From the human T2T-CHM13v2.0 reference genome, Homo sapiens, in assembly GCF_009914755.1 (NCBI RefSeq), contig NC_060933.1: a stretch of 64,000 bases of DNA; one strand, written 5' to 3'. This document shows positions 57,950-64,000 of this stretch, piece after piece. The notes under the pieces are model-generated. The model was not told the DNA's origin and made no database searches. It saw only the letters and a list, made by a program, of their open reading frames with translations. The position numbers and the translations under genes are program-made. Within the stretch, counting starts at the first letter, position 1. Every line of letters starts with the position of its first letter.

Positions 57950-58974
57950 AGAAAACAAAATACTATCTCACTGACTTTTAAAAATTACTAGAGTGAGACT
58001 GAACATGAAATGAAACTATGTTGATTATACAGATTAGCTATTGTTTCCACGGTGAATTATTTTTCCTTATAATTTACTATTTTTTCCTTTGGAATATTCA
58101 TTTTTGTCTTATTTTTTCATGTCAGCTTTTAATATTATGAACAGAATGTACATATTTTTCCTAACTTGCTGTTTGTCTTTATGTGTTGAGATGTGTGGTC
58201 TTATTTGTTCAAAAATCCTAAGAGGGTTGTAAACAGGGCCAGGAAGAGAGTCCTCACACAGGTGTCTCTCTGGGGGCCCTGAATCGTGTCCCTGCCAGTG
58301 AGCCTCCAACCGGCTGGGTCTCTGTCTAGCAGAGGATCCTATGTGAGTCATGCTCTTTTTTATTAAAATCTGCTGAATGTTCCTTTTGTGTCTGAGTGAA
58401 AAGTTCTGGCTCTGAAAACTCAGTTGTCAGGGGAGCCTTGATCTGGGAAGACTGACCTGGGGCTCAACAATAATTAGTTCAGGTTAATTATTGGCAATCT
58501 GTAGATGTGCAGCATAGGAGCTTCTCTTCCCCTCGGCCTGGGCCTCTGGAGGTTTCTTTTATGAGCTCTGAACCCTGAGGGAGGACTTAAAGTAATGAAT
58601 TTTCCTGTAATCAGATTTGAGGGTTTGTTCCCTGAGCCATCCAGTCAATTGGAGAATTGAGCACTGACTGGTTTATTTGGCTACGGGATGCAGGAGATGA
58701 TGCACAGAGCATCTGATAAGCAACCCGGGGAGGAGAGTGAAGAAATGGCATGACATATTCAAGAAGTTGACCTCTGGGCTTGGAGGGAGCGGTTCTGTTT
58801 ACAAGGGGGACATAGTGTCTGGGAGCTATTCAGAAGAGTGGGGTATTTTATTTTGAGTATCAGGGAGTAAGAGTTCTGCTTATCCTCGAGGGGAACCTTG
58901 TGAGATTCACCTTGAACTTCATTCCTATGACAGCAGTGCAGTTTGTACATGTTTATAAACACTTAATTTGTTCA

Positions 58975-59266
58975 GGTGAGCCACAGTGGCTCACTCCTAA
59001 AATCCCAGCACTTTTGGAGGTTGAAGTGGGAGAATTCCTTGAGGCCAGGAGTTTGAGACCAGCCTGGAAAACATAGTAAGATCCCACCTCTACAAAAAAA
59101 GTAGAAACATTTGCCGGCCTTGGTGGCACGTGCCTGTAGTCTTAGCTACTCAGGAGCTGAGGTGGGAGGATTGCTTGAATACTGGAGACTGAGGCTGCAG
59201 TGAGCTAGGATTGTACCACTGCACTCCAGCCTGGATGGGAAAGCAAGACCCTGTCTCAAAAAAAAA
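58975..59266 (+). mobile_element. AluJ
   Basis: J-type arms; TSD TTAATTTGTTCAG. Confidence 0.94.
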
Positions 59267-59418
59267 TTAAATATTTAATTTGTTCAGATTTATTTAGCAT
59301 CCATTCATTTGTTCATTTATCCATTCAATCAACAAGGAGGCACTGGGGATATAGAAAATACCTGCCCCTGCATTATTGGAAGAAAATAGATGCTTCATGC
59401 GGATTTGTGTTATGTAAA

Positions 59419-59750
59419 CAGGGGGTCACAATGAGAAAAGTTACAGAGGCCAGGCAGGCCAAGTTAGTGAGGCGGGGGTTGGGTCAGGGAGACGATAGGG
59501 AGTGGTGAGAACTGGGGTGAAGTGAAGAGCCCATGTCTTCTCTAAGGAACAGCTGCCTCAGCTCCAGCCAATGGTTGCCAACAGTGTGGCCCAAAATTGC
59601 CACGTTTTCCAGTTTTTCAAGAAAAGTCGGAAATCCAGATTTTTTGGGGGGTAAAGTATTTCTATTTTAAAATTTTGGTTCATATTTTTATTAAGCATTC
59701 TGCAGGCCAAACAAAACATGTGAGTGGGCCAGATTCAGTTTATAGGCAGC
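59419..59750. mobile_element. MER102/MER103-like hAT-Charlie relic
   Basis: ttttcaagaaaagtcggaaatccagattttt...gcaggccaaacaaaacatgtgagtgggccagattc. Confidence 0.6.
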
Positions 59751-60032
59751 TGGATGTGAACATAAATACTTCTGCAAAGTATGTGGATATTCTGTTTAAT
59801 AAACACACCTACAAAGAAGACAAGGAGATGTCACAGAGGTTAGAAACCAAATAGAGGAAGGAGGCGAAGCTGGGGTAGGGGAGAAATATTTATATCAGAA
59901 GCCTAGGGTAAGGTGACTCTGAAGCATGAGACAAGCTTAAAGCCTACTGCCAGGCAAAAAGGGAACGTGTATTGTCTAATAAAAGCACATCTACCTATAT
60001 ATTTAATTTTTTCTTTTTAACATTTCTTTTAA

Positions 60033-60344
<312 letters not shown>

Positions 60345-63085
60345 AGTATTTAATTTTTTCTAATGTTATCGACTAAGTAGATGTGATGAGTGCTATGCTA
60401 GATTCTTTACCAAATGTAACTCTCAACTCTGCTGTCGGAACACCCTCATTTTTCAGGAGAAGAAACGGAGGCCCTGGGTGGTGAAATGACTTATGGAGCT
60501 GAGGCTTGCACCTGGACCCGGCCTTTGCAACAAGGTGTTTCTGAGAACAAGAAGGAGGCAAAAGCTACTTTAGGAGGTGGCGAGCACCACATTGCTACAG
60601 ATTTATAAACAGGAAATGAAAGAGTATGTGATATTGAGGGAATTCAAGTATGGAGTGGGAGTCAGGCCAGAGGAGAGTGAGATGCTAATGAGCCTAGCTT
60701 GGGGAAAGGGCACCAAAACTCTGAGGCGCCGGTCCTGCCCTTCACCACTTCTTAGAAAGTTCTTCCTTCTATTGAGCTGAAACCTGTGTCACGGGTCTAA
60801 GCTCTGCCCCTGGGACAGTTGGGGGTGGCAATGACTGAGCATCTAACATATGCCAGGCTCTGTACTGGGCTTCAGGGCTGCCGTGATAACTCAGACATGG
60901 TTCATCTCCCCCAAGGAGCACACAGCCCACCTCGACACACAGGTGTGAGAACAATTGCATTTGTCTTATTGCTACCCTGCCTGGCATCCACCCTGGAGCC
61001 CCGCAGCGCTCAGTCACAGCACATCTTCCCCTCTGAATCCCTCTGATTCATATCAGAGTGCTGGGCCTGCAGGGGGTTGGCAGTAGATCCTGTTGCCACC
61101 CTGTCCCACATTCTCTGGCCCTGGAGTTCTCCTGAAGCTGCAAAAGGCAGTCCCCAGCTTGTGGGATGATTCTGAGGCTGGTTTCAGTATTTCAGAGGGT
61201 CCCCAGTGGGTCTGAGCCCACAGCTGCCTTCCTTGGCTTCTGGAGGCCAATTTTCCGTCTCATTTTCCTCACTTTCTTGCTTTGCCGCCTGACATTGCCT
61301 TCTCGATTAACTCTCTGCACCCAAGTCGTTGCCTCAGTTCTGCTCTTTGGGAAACCTAAACTAAGATGGACACCCTCCCATTTCACAGGGAGGAAAACTG
61401 AGTCCCAGAAGAAGGGCAGTGGCTTGTCTGAGCCACCCAGATGGCGAATGACAGAGAAGACCTTGATTCCAGGTCCGTGGCCCTGAGCTCAGCCTCGCCG
61501 GCTCCTTCCCCACGGTACCTCCCAGTCTTCCTTAGTCTTCCATCATCTTAGGCTCGGTTTTTCTTTTTAGCAGAATTCAATGGTAACAAAGTCAGAATTT
61601 GGGGTATTTTTTCAGATCTGGGAATTTTTTCTCCCATGATACTTCTGGTATTGCTGCTAACCTAGCCCGGTTTTTATCTGTAGCACCTTTTATTCATAGG
61701 TTGGAGATCCACGATTGATAGCCATGCCTGTTACCGCTTTCATCTTTTCTATTTCTTAATCGCATTTCTGGAAACATCTTGTAAGTTTATTATAATATAT
61801 CTTGTAAGTTTATTATAATAAACATTTTATCAGTTTATTATCTGAAGTAAGAAATTTGTTGCTTACCGGTTTCAGTGCATTTTATCTTGAAACTATTTTC
61901 CTTTACTTTCTCTCCTTACCTCGCTCAGTTCTTATTTAATAGAACTTCCATATTTTGATGTCTCATTAAGAATATGCCCCTATCCATTCCCAAATTTTCC
62001 TTCTATTTCAGGAAGTGATTGTGTTTTTAAGGAAAGGTTTCCTTTGGACCTTACTATACCTGGTTCCTATTCTCTCTGTTACACAATTTTCACAAGGCCC
62101 CAAGTTGAGGTTTCATATGTTGGTTTTGTTATCTATCATCACATTCTTGAGCAAACAGATCTATCTAGGCCCAGTGTTGGTATCTCCCAGAAGTGAGGAT
62201 TAGCACTAATTTCTTCTTAGTTTGCTATGACTTGGCCAGTGGTTGAGGAGTATGTACAGAAGCAATTGATGGGTTTTCAGTGAATTCTAGTTCCTTCCTC
62301 CAGGAAAATGTCCCATTTGAATCTCTTAGAAAATGCAACCACTTTAGTAGGTCTGAACTCAGGAAAAAGCTCCTTGGAAATGGACTTTCGAGTCCAAGCA
62401 GAGAAGAAAAGTCTAGAGACCGTTCTAGACAGGTGCTGTTTCTGAGGACAGAGGCCACCAGGGCCTTCACAGAAGGAAACTCTAATGGATCTCCATTGGC
62501 AGGCACCTACATGGCAGAATGTGGTCTGCACCAGGCCAGGGGCCGTGGCCTCTGATGGAGGGTGAGGCTTCCTGGACCAGAAGCCAGGAGAGCGAGGCGA
62601 GTCGCCAAAGGGGAGTGAGGACACAGACTGCAGCAGGGGCCCCTCTGCCCTCTGATCTCTCATTCACTGGAGGGGACCGTGTTTTTCCTCCCGTCCTCAG
62701 TTGTGCTTGTTTCTCATTTTTCTTTGCAATGGCCTGGTTTTCCCTTCCTTTTGGCAAGTGTCGTGGGTGATATGAAGGGAATTCTTGAGATTGTATTTCC
62801 ATTCAACCTGCCTCTTCTCAGGAGCCACTCACTGATTTCAGACAGGAATTCTATGTTGAGTGTAGATTACAAAACATTTAGAAATAAAGCACGGAGATTC
62901 CAAAAGGGATTCATTCTACAGGGACGTGAGACTCTTGAATATGTCATTCTGAGTTAATTCCATTCTGTGCTTAATTCCAGTAAAGGAGATAAAAGAGAGG
63001 CAGCCGAAGACACAGGCTACACAGAACTGTGCTGGCCACATGCCTCAGTGCCTCATGCTGAGGGTGGGGCAAGAAAGCACATGTG

Positions 63086-63112
<27 letters not shown>
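63086..63112. repeat. (CA)n microsatellite
   Basis: CA run. Confidence 0.95.
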
Positions 63113-63117
<5 letters not shown>

Positions 63118-63209
63118 TACACAAGAACATCCAGGGATGTGGTCAGGTTGGAAGTCCACAGGAGCTGAGATTTGGGAAAAATGACAAAAAGGCTTTGCTG
63201 ACTCTACCC

Positions 63210-63625
63210 TGTGTGAGTTCAAAATTGCACTCAACTGTTAGCAACAGAGGCCTGAAAAACAGTGGCTTAAACAAAATAGGGGTACATTTTTTATCTTAGG
63301 CAGGGCAGGACTGCTCTGGTGGCTTCACAATGCCATCAACATCTTGAGCTCCTTCTATCTTTCTGTTCTGCCATCCTTAGTGAGTGGCTTCCATCTGTAA
63401 GGTCACCTCATGGCCCAGCATGGCTGCCAGCACCCCTACCCTATCTGTGTTACAGGCAGGAAGAAGAAGAAATTGGGGAAGAACAAAAAGGGTGCCTTTC
63501 AAATGCGTCAGCATCTCTAAAGGAATTCCCCAGAAATCCCCCCAGTGACTTCTGTGTACAACTGACTGACCACATCTGCAGGGGAGGCTGCAGAATGTGG
63601 TTTTGTAGCGGGGCACATTACCACA
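63210..63625 (-). mobile_element. Old MLT1-like LTR
   Basis: aacagtggcttaaacaaaatagggg...ttctgccatccttagtgagtggctt...tgcaggggaggctgcagaatgt. Confidence 0.55.
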
Positions 63626-64000
63626 TTCAACAATATGGAGATTCTGTTACTAAAGGAAAGGAGAGAGTAGACAAGGAGAAGGCAACTAGCGATTCTGGAC
63701 ACGAGCTCCAGGAAGACAGTAAACAGAGGAGGAAAAGTACTGCCCTCCTCACCCATCTGGGGTACACGGGACACTATCAATAAGCGATAGAAGCCCAGGA
63801 CTCAAGCTGTAGTTAACTTGCTTTCCTCTCTTCTAAATGTTAAAGGAAAGTTCACATCCAGGGTAGTTAGGAGACAGAGCAGCATTTTAAATGCTGTCAA
63901 ATTCCAGCTGAATTCAGAAAATTCAGAATTTTCTGAACGGTGTTGCACAAGATGTTTTTGAATGTTACATGAAAAAATGAGTCCCTAATCAAAAAGTTTG

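Noticed and set aside
63319-63783. 154-aa ORF near the window end
   Set aside because: Non-ATG start and largely within an MLT1-like LTR relic

Overview
Human (primate) genomic DNA containing most of TGFBR1 (TGF-beta receptor type I / ALK5, chr9q22.33 from recognition of the protein) on the + strand. The window covers the 3' part of intron 1 (1-10556), coding exons 2-9 (10557-31017), a 3'UTR of about 4.4-4.9 kb, and about 28 kb of repeat-rich intergenic DNA. Exon 1 (signal peptide and poly-Ala tract) lies upstream, outside the window. All splice sites are GT-AG, and exons 2-9 sum to 1415 nt, consistent with the 503-aa protein given a 97-nt exon 1. Other content: a tailless 5S rRNA retrocopy in intron 6, about 19 Alu copies or fragments, an old L1 carrying nested insertions, several solo LTRs with intact TG..CA ends and TSDs, DNA-transposon relics and microsatellites. 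There is no second protein-coding gene; the other ORFs in the track are Alu/L1/low-complexity artefacts. The most intriguing unexplained signals are: (1) an 85-nt segment of the 3'UTR (33830-33914) almost completely tiled by four helices in the same order as HDV/CPEB3-type pseudoknots, but lacking their catalytic core; (2) an unidentified ~140-nt retroposed insert with A-tail and TSD inside the L1 (39354-39508); (3) all-phase-1 exons 2-5 bracketed by inverted Alus; (4) an intron-3 stop plus AATAAA that could yield a kinase-less decoy receptor. These are hypotheses made by eye, not computed results.
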